DNA from: a virus
Lineage: Duplodnaviria > Heunggongvirae > Uroviricota > Caudoviricetes
IMG/VR virus record: IMGVR_UViG_2623620506_000008
Location: 1 to 27,625 of that record
Reading direction: 5' to 3' (one strand)
Length of the DNA: 27,625 nt
Position numbers and translations under genes: made by a program
The notes under the pieces: model-generated
Databases searched by the model: none
The model's input: only the letters and a program-made list of their open reading frames with translations
Told to the model about the DNA's origin: nothing
Shown here: positions 16,884 to 25,567 of the stretch, piece after piece
How the letters are laid out: every line of letters begins with the position of its first letter
How positions within the stretch are numbered: position 1 is the first letter of the stretch

Positions 16884-17910
16884 CGAACACCTCGTTGATC
16901 CAGTCTGTGTTGTTGAAGTCGATGCCCTGGGCAGCTGGGCGGGGAGCGGACGGGTTGCTCAGGCGCTTGGTGCTGAGCTTGTCCCATTGCTTACGCAGGC
17001 TGGACGGGCTCAGGATATTGGTCTTCCAGAACTCATCCTTGCTGGCCCATTTGAGAAGGTCGCAAATTTCGTAATGCGTGCGGTTATCCTGCTGGCGCAT
17101 CAGCCGGATGGTATTGGCCCACTCAACCCATTTCGGCTCGCTCAGAGTGGCGTTTACCGTCAGGAGTTGGGTGTATATCCAGCGAGCGGCTTTGAGGTCG
17201 TCAGCCGTTCCCCAGGATTTGCCGGAGGGGGTATAGATTCCATCTGCAGCTTCAGGGTGACGAGAAAGAAATTTTTCAATCGCGTCGTTTCGGGATTCGG
17301 CAGAATTCCGAGACGAAGAGATCTTATTATTTATATTGTTGTTATTACCTTGTTGTTCATGATGCGCGGCTAATTGCGCGGCCTTATGCGCGGGTAAATG
17401 CGCGGCATCTCCCTCACAAGCCCCGCCGTTACTGGGTTCTTCATGCGCGGCATTATGCTCGCCGTAATGCTCGCCGTAATGCGCGGGTAAATTGTCTATT
17501 TTTTGAGCGTAAAGGGCATAATTTGTGATGGTAATCACAGTGCCTTTTCGCTTCTCACCAGCGGTAGAAATCATCCCCTCTTTAACGAAAAGCGCCAGCA
17601 TCCGTTCCACTGCATGGCGACTTGTAGGCTCTCCAGCCCGGTCACATAATTTCAGGCCGAGATCGGCTGAGGTGGTCACCAGTTGTCCGGTTTGCAGCGG
17701 CCACTGACGGCCTTTAAAGTTCGCCGTGTAAGGCTGACGGGCTGCGCCCAAAAGAAGGTTCTCCCACAGCGTGCGCAGGTAAACATCTTTCGCCCAGGGC
17801 TTCTTCAATACACTCCGGTACAACGGGATGAATCCAGTCTTCTGGTTGTCCATCCGGTTGCTCCTGACGGCACTGCGTGCCGCAAAATCGGCGTAAGCGA
17901 CATTCGACAT
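16867..17910 (-). CDS. O: Replication initiator, O-like
   Basis: Immediately upstream of P; N-terminal DNA-binding-like domain, low-complexity middle encoded by iterons, C-terminal domain; preferred start ATG at 17910 with AAGGGG RBS (track start 17967 is TTG). Confidence 0.7.
   Translation of the reverse strand: MSNVAYADFAARSAVRSNRMDNQKTGFIPLYRSVLKKPWAKDVYLRTLWENLLLGAARQPYTANFKGRQWPLQTGQLVTTSADLGLKLCDRAGEPTSRHAVERMLALFVKEGMISTAGEKRKGTVITITNYALYAQKIDNLPAHYGEHYGEHNAAHEEPSNGGACEGDAAHLPAHKAAQLAAHHEQQGNNNNINNKISSSRNSAESRNDAIEKFLSRHPEAADGIYTPSGKSWGTADDLKAARWIYTQLLTVNATLSEPKWVEWANTIRLMRQQDNRTHYEICDLLKWASKDEFWKTNILSPSSLRKQWDKLSTKRLSNPSAPRPAAQGIDFNNTDWINEVFDGKTI
17311..17490. repeat. Origin-like iteron array with adjacent AT-rich tract inside the O-like gene
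   Basis: Two arrays of four 12-bp units (consensus ATGCGCGG plus 4 nt) at 17362-17409 and 17443-17490; AT-rich tract 17311-17357. Confidence 0.6.
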
Positions 17911-18037
17911 GGCTATGCCCCTTTCGCCTGGTGTTTTGTACATGTATTTGTCATAATGACCTCGCAATTACGTCCCGTTTTTGCACCCGAAAGCCGTTGG
18001 TGTTCACGCACCGCGGCTTTCACCATTTCTGAGCCCG

Positions 18038-18595
18038 TCATAGCGCACCACCCAGCATCGTTGTAACCATCGCCATAATGGGCGCCACAGAATCAGGTCC
18101 GTCCAGGTAGAGCTTGGCTACGATGCTCTCGCTGATTTCCTTAAGGCGCTCGTGTCTGGGGGCTTTGAGAACGACAGCCTGAATGGCTTCTGCATCCTCT
18201 TTCAACGACCTGGCTACACGGACCGCGAAGCAATCGTTCTTAACCACGCGATCCCGGTACGCCAGCGGCAGAACCGAAATTATTACCGGCGCCATCTGCT
18301 CGACGTTTGCCCGGTAGGCCGGTGATTTCTCGTGGTTGTCCAGCCAGCGAAAAAGCTTCACGTTCCACACGTCGGGGCTTCCGCTTGTGTCGATGCCATC
18401 GAGCCCGGATTCCTCAACTGCCATCTTAATGGCCAGCGCGACAGCCACGCGGCCCTCTGCCGCCGCCCAGGCGCGAACAGCAGAACAGAGGGCGCGGTGA
18501 TCGACCGGCTGACCTTCGGCTTCGCCATGTTGATACTGGAATTTCAGGCGCTCTGACGGCGCTCTGTTATTCTGTTGAAAAGAAAGTGTTTGCAT
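18038..18595 (-). CDS. YdaT/CII-like early regulator (tentative)
   Basis: 185-aa ORF directly downstream of the Cro-like gene, ATG with AGGAG RBS; assigned by position. Confidence 0.4.
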   Translation of the reverse strand: MQTLSFQQNNRAPSERLKFQYQHGEAEGQPVDHRALCSAVRAWAAAEGRVAVALAIKMAVEESGLDGIDTSGSPDVWNVKLFRWLDNHEKSPAYRANVEQMAPVIISVLPLAYRDRVVKNDCFAVRVARSLKEDAEAIQAVVLKAPRHERLKEISESIVAKLYLDGPDSVAPIMAMVTTMLGGAL

Positions 18596-18606
18596 TTTCA
18601 GTGCTC

Positions 18607-18828
18607 CTACTTTGGTAATCCGTCAGTGGGGTTAGGGTAAGCTTCAGGATCAATCTCGTGTGGTGTCACTTGCCATTCCAGGAACTGACAAAGGGGAATG
18701 ATTCTTTTTTGTGGCACTCCGCTCGCATAGATCCACTTGCCGACAGCCTGACTGCTAATACCGAAGTGCTTCCCGATACGAGTGCGCGTTGCAGCTTTGC
18801 TTATTTTTTCTTGGGTTTGTTTGTTCAT
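18607..18828 (-). CDS. cro: Cro-like HTH regulator
   Basis: 73-aa product with HTH (TRIGKHFGISSQAVGKWI), AAGGAG RBS, divergent from the repressor gene; the track ORF extends to 19134. Confidence 0.65.
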   Translation of the reverse strand: MNKQTQEKISKAATRTRIGKHFGISSQAVGKWIYASGVPQKRIIPLCQFLEWQVTPHEIDPEAYPNPTDGLPK

Positions 18829-18842
18829 GTGCTCTCCTTCAT

Positions 18843-18925
18843 TGATGAAACAAAGCATACATGACGAAAGTTTATGTTTCAACACAACGAAAGATAATGT
18901 TTTAATGCTGAGTGAAACCTTAGGT
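18843..18925. promoter_or_regulatory. OR-like operator/promoter region between cro and repressor
   Basis: 17-mer ACGAAAGTTTATGTTTC (18864-18880) nearly identical to a 17-mer after the repressor gene; extra GAAAC half-sites; palindrome AACCTTAGGTT (18915-18925). Confidence 0.5.
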
Positions 18926-18933
18926 TGTAAAAT

Positions 18934-19353
18934 GTGCGTATGAATGAAATTACTTTCCCGACCTTCGCTAGAAGAATTCAACAAGTAATGGCTGAAAACG
19001 GCTGGTCGAAATCTGACCTCGCCAAAAAGGTCATGCTTTCGCATACGGCCGTTCAAAATTGGGCTAAGGGTAGAAATGTAGCCAGTGGAGAGCGGTTGAA
19101 GAGGCTTGCTGCTGTAACAGGAAAGCCTGAGCATTGGTTCTTTATGGAGGAAGGTCAGGAAGATGCGGCGACAAACACCTTGGGTCAGTCGGCTGTAGAA
19201 CTTGATGAGAAAGAACAGGCCCTACTTTCCCTCTTTAACCAGCTCCCTGAAGCTGAAAAGTTAAGACTCATCCTTCACACTAAAGCTGTCCTTCATGAGA
19301 TTGAGCTTCTAAAAAACGACGTATACGACATTATCAACAGCTCTAAAACATAG
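18934..19353 (+). CDS. cI: Prophage repressor, RacR/CI-like HTH, no peptidase S24 domain
   Basis: N-terminal HTH (WSKSDLAKKVMLSHTAVQNWAKGR), 139 aa, no Ser/Lys autocleavage domain; divergent from cro; first ATG at 18940. Confidence 0.7.
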   Translation: MRMNEITFPTFARRIQQVMAENGWSKSDLAKKVMLSHTAVQNWAKGRNVASGERLKRLAAVTGKPEHWFFMEEGQEDAATNTLGQSAVELDEKEQALLSLFNQLPEAEKLRLILHTKAVLHEIELLKNDVYDIINSSKT

Positions 19354-19377
19354 CTTAGGATTGCAACCTAATAATTC

Positions 19378-19402
19378 AGCGCCTACCAGGGCGCTTTTTT
19401 TT
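19378..19402 (+). terminator. Rho-independent terminator after the repressor gene
   Basis: AGCGCC-TACCAG-GGCGCT followed by TTTTTTTT. Confidence 0.6.
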
Positions 19403-19404
19403 GC

Positions 19405-19470
19405 CCTCTCATGAAACTTTTACTTTTGCGCCCTTTACATACGAAACTTTATGTTGCAGTATTATCTGCA
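19405..19470 (+). promoter_or_regulatory. OL/pL-like operator-promoter for the plus-strand early operon
   Basis: 17-mer ACGAAACTTTATGTTGC (19441-19457) matches the OR 17-mer at 15 of 17; partial copy ATGAAACTTTTAC at 19411-19423; TTTACA and TATTAT hexamers nearby. Confidence 0.45.
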
Positions 19471-19549
19471 TCGACAACACGCGCACCGTTGTCAGGTTAA
19501 AGAAACGTTCCGCCAGCCTGGCGACAAGGGCAAATGAGAGGGAATCATC

Positions 19550-19756
19550 ATGGTTCATCAGCACTATGGCACCCAGACGGTCAACCGCGGCGCAGTTCTG
19601 CCCGGCATGCTCGTTAAGCACAAAGACAGCACCTGGACGGCATCCGCCAACAAGCGCGGCAAGCTATATCTGCATCGCGGCATTGAGCGTACTTACACCA
19701 CCGAGCTGCTGGTCGAAGTTTTTCTTAATGGTGTAGGGAATGGCCTGAGCCATTAA
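19550..19756 (+). CDS. Hypothetical small protein, first gene of the early-left operon
   Basis: 68-aa ORF with GAGGG RBS; no Arg-rich N-like motif. Confidence 0.45.
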   Translation: MVHQHYGTQTVNRGAVLPGMLVKHKDSTWTASANKRGKLYLHRGIERTYTTELLVEVFLNGVGNGLSH

Positions 19757-19767
19757 CGGAGGGAGTC

Positions 19768-19929
19768 ATGCAAGAGAAAAAATGCGCTTACTGCAGCAAG
19801 CCCATCGAGCAGGGGAAGGAAGTTAAAAACAAATTGCTCTTCATCCGCGGCGCGCAGCTGGCGCGCGAACAACGCAATTACTGTTCAGTTCGTTGTGCCT
19901 CTTACGACCAGATGGCCCACGAGGCATAA
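19768..19929 (+). CDS. Small zinc-ribbon protein (not in the supplied ORF track)
   Basis: ATG at 19768 after GGAGGGAG RBS; 53-aa product MQEKKCAYCSKPIEQGKEVKNKLLFIRGAQLAREQRNYCSVRCASYDQMAHEA with CxxC...CxxxC; TAA at 19927. Confidence 0.5.
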   Translation: MQEKKCAYCSKPIEQGKEVKNKLLFIRGAQLAREQRNYCSVRCASYDQMAHEA

Positions 19930-20068
19930 CGTAAAAGCCGCGCAAGGCGGCCCGTACGTCCGGTGACACCGACCAAAGTTCCACCGGAATTTTTACCAAA
20001 ACCAAAAACACACCCAATGGGCGCTATCTCTGGCCCGGGGATCTTACATCCAAAAATGAGGATCTGAC

Positions 20069-23000
20069 ATGGAATTTTTCTATGTGGTCAAAGCCACTCA
20101 GAAATCCGGTAAGAAAGATGCAGTGGTCTGGTTCACTGCCAAAACTCAATCTCGCGCCGCGCTGATGATGGACGTTGCGCTGGAAGACGCAGAAATTGAA
20201 AGTGGCCGCGGTAAAGACTACGCCAAGCCTGTACGCACCGATTTCCCAGTGTACGACGACCTCCCGGAAGAAGGTACCGTGGATTTCACCTGGTGCGAAC
20301 GCTATGAGCTGGCCGACGACCAGCGCACCTGGAACGTGATCCCCGGTGCCGCGGATCAGGGTGAAACCACCCTCGCCCCAGTGACCACCAGTGATGAAGA
20401 ACTGCCTGCCGCGCCGGTAACCTCTACTCATACCGCAGGCACCGGCAAAACGTCCCTGCTTGAAAATCGCACCCCGGCGGTTCGCTTCGCCGTCCATCTA
20501 TTGGGTGATAAATACCTTTCGGCGATCAGCCAGGAGCAGCACATCGTTGCCAACGAACTGGCGACCGATGAGGGGAATGCTTACTTCCAGAACCTGATGC
20601 AGGCCAAAAATGACGTTGGTGATATTGGCGATCTGAGCCTGCATACCGAGTGGAAACTGGTGCAGGCCGTTAAAGACGTTTTTCCTCAGGACAAAGTGCA
20701 CGAATCCGCGTCGCTGGCCGCCTTCATGTCGGGCTGGATTAACGCCGATGATCGCAACCAACTGGTTGATGACTGGAAGAGTGGAAAGCTCCCGGCCAAG
20801 AATGAGCCTGAACATTGGTATGAAGACGACCTGCAGATCTGCAAAGGCGATGATGAGTTTACTCGTTATCCGGTCTGCAAATTGCCATTCCGCCAACAGC
20901 TTCTCGCCCAACTGACGGTGGACGAACTGCGCCATCATGTCACCCGCGATGAACATACGGAACTGCATGCGCTGGAGAGTGATACCGACAACAGCTACGT
21001 CCAGACTCTTCTGCTTGCTGCTGAAAGCTGCCCAGAGTTGAAGGAATTCGATACCAAGGCCCTGTGGAGCTATACCAACGCGGTCCGAAAGGTATTCAGC
21101 CAGGAAAAACGTCACGAGTTGGCTCTGGTACTTCGCTTCACCAGAATCTGGGTGACTACTGAGGCCAGTGACCACGACATCCTGACCAGTGAATGGGCAG
21201 CCGGCCATCGCATTGATGATGTAGGTATTCAAAAAGACCAGAAATCCGAAGGGCCACAACCTTCAGAACCCTATAAGCGCGCAGTGCCGCAGAACATGGC
21301 GAACCTGAGCATCGAGATTGCGATCGCCATGCTATATCCAGACGCGGTACCCGGGAAAATCAACCGTGCGCAGCTGATGGCTGCCAAAGAACTGGCTGAC
21401 AAAAAAGACGAGACTCACTCCAGGGCGCTCAAGGTGCTCGGCAAAACCTCTGATATTACTGACTACAACGCTGACAGTATTTTTGGCATTGCCCGTGCAC
21501 TCCCCTGGAGTGGAGATATAACCACGGTCGAACTGCGTAAGCAGGTTCGTGAATGGTTCACCGCGAACGGTATCTATGAAAATGGCGAGCGTTCAAAGGG
21601 TTATCCAGAGTGGGATGAAGATCCTCGCGCAAGCCGCCAGGTGATGGTGGAAGAGCCAGTAGCTACCAGCCAGCCGCAGGTCGCGAACCTCGGCGGCGGC
21701 ATGTTCTCCATCGATGGCCTGCTGGGTGGAAATACTAACCCGGTCATCAATATCCCCTCACATGAAGTAGAAAAACCGGAAACCGTAGCGGAGACCACCA
21801 GCGATGTGCAGATGGAAGCGACTCAGCCAGAGAAAGACAAAACTGTTGATGCGGTACCAACAGGCGAAAGCGTTGATGCAGCTGATCCGCAAACAGATAC
21901 CCTGAACCCGGCTGAGGTGCTGGCCGCCGCGGCGCCGGAGCTGGCGAACGCCACCACGCAGGAATCGACCACCGAAGCGCCAGACGCGAAAGCGAGCGCG
22001 CCGGAAGAGCAATCCTCACAACCGGTCCCGGAATACCCGGCGTACTTTGAACCTGGCCGTTATGAAGGCCTGCCGAACGACGTTTATCACGCAGCAAACG
22101 GGATCAGCTCCACTCAGGTGAAAGATGCCCGGGTCAGCCTGATGTACTTCAACGCCCGCCACGTCGCCAAAACCATCCCGCGGGCCCCTTCCAAGGTGCT
22201 GGACATGGGTAATCTTGTTCACGCCCTGGCGCTTCAGCCCGAAAACCTCGAGGCAGAGTTCAGCGTAGAGCCGGAGATCCCGGAAGGTGCTTTCACCACC
22301 ACCGCCACCCTGCGCGAGTTCATCGACTCGCACAACGCCAGCCTGCCGGCGCTGCTGAGTGCTGACGATATCAAAGCGCTGCTTGAAGAGCACAACGCCA
22401 CCCTGCCCGCGCAGCTGACGCTGGGCGCCTGCATGGAGGAAACGGCGCAGAGTTACATGTCGCTGCCGGAAGAGTTCCAGCGTATTGAAGTGATTCAGAG
22501 AAAGACCGCGGCAGCCATGAAAGCCTGCATCAAAGAGTATAACGCCACCCTGCCCGTGCCGGTTAAAACCAGCGGCAGCCGCGATGCGCTGCTTGAACAG
22601 CTGGCAATCATCAACCCTGACCTGGTGGCGCAGGAAGCCCAGAAACCGGCACCACTGAAAGTGTCCGGCAGCAAAGCGGAAATGATCCAGGCGGTTAAGT
22701 CGGTCAAGCCTGACGCTGTATTCGCCGACGAGCTGCTGGACGCCTGGCGCGAAAATCCGGGCGACAAGATTCTGGTGACGCGCCAGCAGCTGGCGACCGC
22801 CCAGGCCATCCAGGCTGCCCTGCTGGCACACCCGACCGCCGGCATGCTGCTGACGCACCCGAGCCGCGCCGTTGAGGTGAGCTATTTCGGCTTTGACGAC
22901 GAAACCGGGCTGGAAGTGCGCGTGCGCCCAGACCTGGAACTGGACCTCAACAACCTGCGTATCGGTGCCGACCTGAAAACCATCAGCATGTGGAACGTTA

Positions 23001-23326
23001 AGCAGGAGAGCCTGCGCTCCCGGCTGCACCGGGAAATCATCGACCGTGATTATCACCTGAGTGCGGCCATGTATTGCGAGACCGCGGCGCTGGACCAGTT
23101 CTTCTGGATCTTCGTCAACAAAGACGAAAACTACCACTGGATCGCCATTATTGAGGCATCCGCAGAACTGCTGGAGCTGGGCATGCTCGAGTACCGCAAA
23201 ACCATGCGCGCTATCGCTACCGGATTCGACACCGGCAACTGGCCGGCGCCTATCACCGCTGATTACACCGACGAACTGAACGACTTCGACCTGCGCCGCC
23301 TTGAAGCGCTGCGTACTCAGGCATAA
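20069..23326 (+). CDS. recE: RecE-like exonuclease VIII, PD-(D/E)xK nuclease C-terminal domain with long N-terminal region
   Basis: 1085 aa; C-terminal region has nuclease-like D...E-L-D...D-L-K motifs (RPDLELDLNNLRIGADLKTIS); sits directly upstream of an annealase gene as in Rac recE-recT; N-terminus recalls RecE (FPVYDDLPEEGTVDFTWCERY). Confidence 0.65.
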   Translation: MEFFYVVKATQKSGKKDAVVWFTAKTQSRAALMMDVALEDAEIESGRGKDYAKPVRTDFPVYDDLPEEGTVDFTWCERYELADDQRTWNVIPGAADQGETTLAPVTTSDEELPAAPVTSTHTAGTGKTSLLENRTPAVRFAVHLLGDKYLSAISQEQHIVANELATDEGNAYFQNLMQAKNDVGDIGDLSLHTEWKLVQAVKDVFPQDKVHESASLAAFMSGWINADDRNQLVDDWKSGKLPAKNEPEHWYEDDLQICKGDDEFTRYPVCKLPFRQQLLAQLTVDELRHHVTRDEHTELHALESDTDNSYVQTLLLAAESCPELKEFDTKALWSYTNAVRKVFSQEKRHELALVLRFTRIWVTTEASDHDILTSEWAAGHRIDDVGIQKDQKSEGPQPSEPYKRAVPQNMANLSIEIAIAMLYPDAVPGKINRAQLMAAKELADKKDETHSRALKVLGKTSDITDYNADSIFGIARALPWSGDITTVELRKQVREWFTANGIYENGERSKGYPEWDEDPRASRQVMVEEPVATSQPQVANLGGGMFSIDGLLGGNTNPVINIPSHEVEKPETVAETTSDVQMEATQPEKDKTVDAVPTGESVDAADPQTDTLNPAEVLAAAAPELANATTQESTTEAPDAKASAPEEQSSQPVPEYPAYFEPGRYEGLPNDVYHAANGISSTQVKDARVSLMYFNARHVAKTIPRAPSKVLDMGNLVHALALQPENLEAEFSVEPEIPEGAFTTTATLREFIDSHNASLPALLSADDIKALLEEHNATLPAQLTLGACMEETAQSYMSLPEEFQRIEVIQRKTAAAMKACIKEYNATLPVPVKTSGSRDALLEQLAIINPDLVAQEAQKPAPLKVSGSKAEMIQAVKSVKPDAVFADELLDAWRENPGDKILVTRQQLATAQAIQAALLAHPTAGMLLTHPSRAVEVSYFGFDDETGLEVRVRPDLELDLNNLRIGADLKTISMWNVKQESLRSRLHREIIDRDYHLSAAMYCETAALDQFFWIFVNKDENYHWIAIIEASAELLELGMLEYRKTMRAIATGFDTGNWPAPITADYTDELNDFDLRRLEALRTQA

Positions 23327-23331
23327 GGGGA

Positions 23332-24450
23332 ATGACCATGGAAAACATGAACATCGTAACTGCAGAGCAACAGGCTCCGAACACAATTTCTGCAACCAAC
23401 TCCATTTTCAATGTCCAGGCGCTGACCCAACTCCAGGCGGTTGCTGGCTTAATGGCACAGGCGGCCGTGACAGTTCCCGAACACCTACGGGGCAACCCGG
23501 CTGACTGCATGGCGATTATCATGCAGGCCATGCAGTGGGGCATGAATCCTTACGCCGTAGCGCAGAAAACGCACCTGGTAAACGGCGTGCTGGGTTACGA
23601 GGCGCAGCTGGTTAATGCGGTGATCTCCAGCTCAAATGCCATCGTAGGCCGCTTCCATTATGAATATGAAGGCGACTGGTCGAAGTGCGCCCGGATACGC
23701 GAGGAGGTTGTTAAAAAGCCTGCCAAGGGTGGCGGGACCTATGAGAAAAAAGAAATTGTCCGCGGCTGGACCAGTGATGATGAGCAGGGACTCTCGGTTC
23801 GTGTGGGCGCAGTTCTCCGCGGTGAAAGTGAAATTACATGGGGCGAGCCGGTTTATCTGTCCAGCGTAATTACGCGCAACTCCCCTCTCTGGGTATCGAA
23901 CCCAAAACAGCAGATCGCCTATCTGGCGCTCAAATACTGGGCGCGCCTCTACTGCCCTGCAGTGGTGCTGGGCGTGTATACCCCTGATGAAGTTGAGCAA
24001 AGAACCGAAAAAGAGATTAACCCGGCACCAGCGCGCGTAAGCCTGTCTGATATTTCCGGTGACAACGTAACAACCACTCACAGCGCGCAGGAGTCGGCAG
24101 CCAACATCGATGCTATGGCCGATGAATTCCGGGATCGCATTGAGGCAGCCCAGGACGTGGACAATGCAAAAGCGCTGCGTGCCGACATCGAAACCGCTAA
24201 GGCAACGCTTGGAACTGCCCTGTACACCGAACTGAAGAATAAGGCCGTGAAACGCTATTACCACGTGGACGCGCGTAACAATGTCGAGGCAGCAATCAAC
24301 TCCCTGCCCCAGCCTGGCGAGCCGGATGCCGCCGAACAGTTCGCAGAAGCCGAGCGCGTGCTGGCATCTTCAAAGCGTCACCTGGGCGACGAACTGCACG
24401 ATCAGTTCAGCATCACCCTGGCGGATATGAAACCGGAATACGTGGCCTAA
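23332..24450 (+). CDS. recT: Single-strand annealing protein, RecT/Redbeta family
   Basis: Follows the exonuclease; segments resemble recalled lambda Bet (PLWVSNPKQQIAYLALKYWARLY versus PWQSHPKRMLRHKAMIQCARLAF); probable start ATG at 23338. Confidence 0.6.
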   Translation: MTMENMNIVTAEQQAPNTISATNSIFNVQALTQLQAVAGLMAQAAVTVPEHLRGNPADCMAIIMQAMQWGMNPYAVAQKTHLVNGVLGYEAQLVNAVISSSNAIVGRFHYEYEGDWSKCARIREEVVKKPAKGGGTYEKKEIVRGWTSDDEQGLSVRVGAVLRGESEITWGEPVYLSSVITRNSPLWVSNPKQQIAYLALKYWARLYCPAVVLGVYTPDEVEQRTEKEINPAPARVSLSDISGDNVTTTHSAQESAANIDAMADEFRDRIEAAQDVDNAKALRADIETAKATLGTALYTELKNKAVKRYYHVDARNNVEAAINSLPQPGEPDAAEQFAEAERVLASSKRHLGDELHDQFSITLADMKPEYVA

Positions 24451-24484
24451 GGGAGGCGGGAGGGTTCGCCCTCCCGGTAACGAT

Positions 24485-25318
24485 ATGTTAAGAGAAAAAC
24501 CTGTTAAGCACCCGGCGATCCGTTACCACGGCGGTAAATTCCGCTTGGCATCCTGGATTATCCCTCAGATGCCTGAGCACGTCTGCTACGTGGAACCGTT
24601 CGGCGGCGCAGCTGGCGTATTGCTGCAAAAGCCTCGCAGCTATGCGGAAGTTTATAACGACTTGGATGGTGAGGTGGTGAACCTGTTCCGGGTGCTGCGT
24701 GACGCAGAGATGAACCAGCGCCTGCAACATGCGTGCATGCTCACGCCTTATTCTCGTGATGAATTTTGCGCAGCGCATGAAGTCACCGAAGAACCGATTG
24801 AGCGAGCAAGACGCATGGTTGTCCGCGCCAGCATGGGCTTTGGTTCAGCAGCAGGAATTGGCGGTAATTCCGGCTTCCGTAGCGACAGCAAAAGGAAATA
24901 TGCGACAGCTGCGCATCTGTGGGAGCGTTATCCGGAAAATCTGGCAGCAGTATGTCAGCGCCTTCAGGGGGTCATTATCGAAAACAAAGATGCCCTGTCA
25001 GTAATGCGAGCCCATGACGCTGAAACAACCCTGCACTACATCGACCCGCCTTATGTACCCGAAACCCGCGTGCATGGTAACCGTTATTACAGCCACGAAA
25101 TGACTTTAGAGGGGCATGAGCAATTGCTCGCAGTAGCCAGAACGATGACCGGAATGGTGATGATCAGCGGCTACGACTCGGATGTGTACAACGACATGCT
25201 GGTCGGATGGAAGAAAACGAAAAAATCTTCACGCATTAGCGCCGGTAGGGGTACGAAGGTCCGCACTGAATGTATGTGGCTTAACCCAGCATCACAACAG
25301 GCGGAGCGTGCAGCATGA
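24485..25318 (+). CDS. DNA N6-adenine methyltransferase, Dam-like (orphan)
   Basis: YHGGK near the N-terminus, EPFGGAAGV, catalytic DPPY (HYIDPPYVPE); no restriction endonuclease gene adjacent. Confidence 0.85.
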   Translation: MLREKPVKHPAIRYHGGKFRLASWIIPQMPEHVCYVEPFGGAAGVLLQKPRSYAEVYNDLDGEVVNLFRVLRDAEMNQRLQHACMLTPYSRDEFCAAHEVTEEPIERARRMVVRASMGFGSAAGIGGNSGFRSDSKRKYATAAHLWERYPENLAAVCQRLQGVIIENKDALSVMRAHDAETTLHYIDPPYVPETRVHGNRYYSHEMTLEGHEQLLAVARTMTGMVMISGYDSDVYNDMLVGWKKTKKSSRISAGRGTKVRTECMWLNPASQQAERAA

Positions 25319-25554
25319 AACTGATTAACCGCAGCACACAATCCCCACTCGCGCGCCAGGCGTGCGATATCGCGCTGGCAGCCCATGCTGAGCGCTACGG
25401 CGATTATGGCCCCAGCAAGATGAAAGAGACGTACACCGTGCGGGTAGAAGGCGTGAAGGTCTGGGTGGAGGTGGTGAACCGGAAGGCAAGCTACGTGGCC
25501 ACTGCGATGACCGGCATGCGCAGGCTCCGCTCCCTGCCCGGGCAGGTTTCCTGA
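25315..25554 (+). CDS. Hypothetical small protein
   Basis: 79-aa ORF, ATG overlaps the dam stop (ATGA), GGAG RBS. Confidence 0.4.
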   Translation: MKLINRSTQSPLARQACDIALAAHAERYGDYGPSKMKETYTVRVEGVKVWVEVVNRKASYVATAMTGMRRLRSLPGQVS

Positions 25555-25567
25555 TACCAATATTTCA

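Noticed and set aside
17358-17492. Short tandem repeats considered as a CRISPR-like or mini-satellite array
   Set aside because: Unit is 12 bp with no spacers and lies in-frame inside the O-like gene; the pattern fits origin iterons
19550-19756. 68-aa protein as an N-type antiterminator
   Set aside because: No arginine-rich RNA-binding N-terminus and no convincing boxA/boxB-like nut site nearby
19960-19997. Hairpin CCGGTG...CACCGG followed by AATTTTTA as a terminator before the RecE-like gene
   Set aside because: The 16-nt loop and short stem make it weak; could be tested by terminator-prediction software but not claimed
22016-23395. Minus-strand 459-aa ORF (and the 253-aa ORF at 20498-21259)
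   Set aside because: Antisense to the RecE-like gene, whose nuclease domain and operon context support the plus strand; no RBS or phage-like features
23632-24264. Minus-strand 210-aa ORF
   Set aside because: Antisense to the annealase gene
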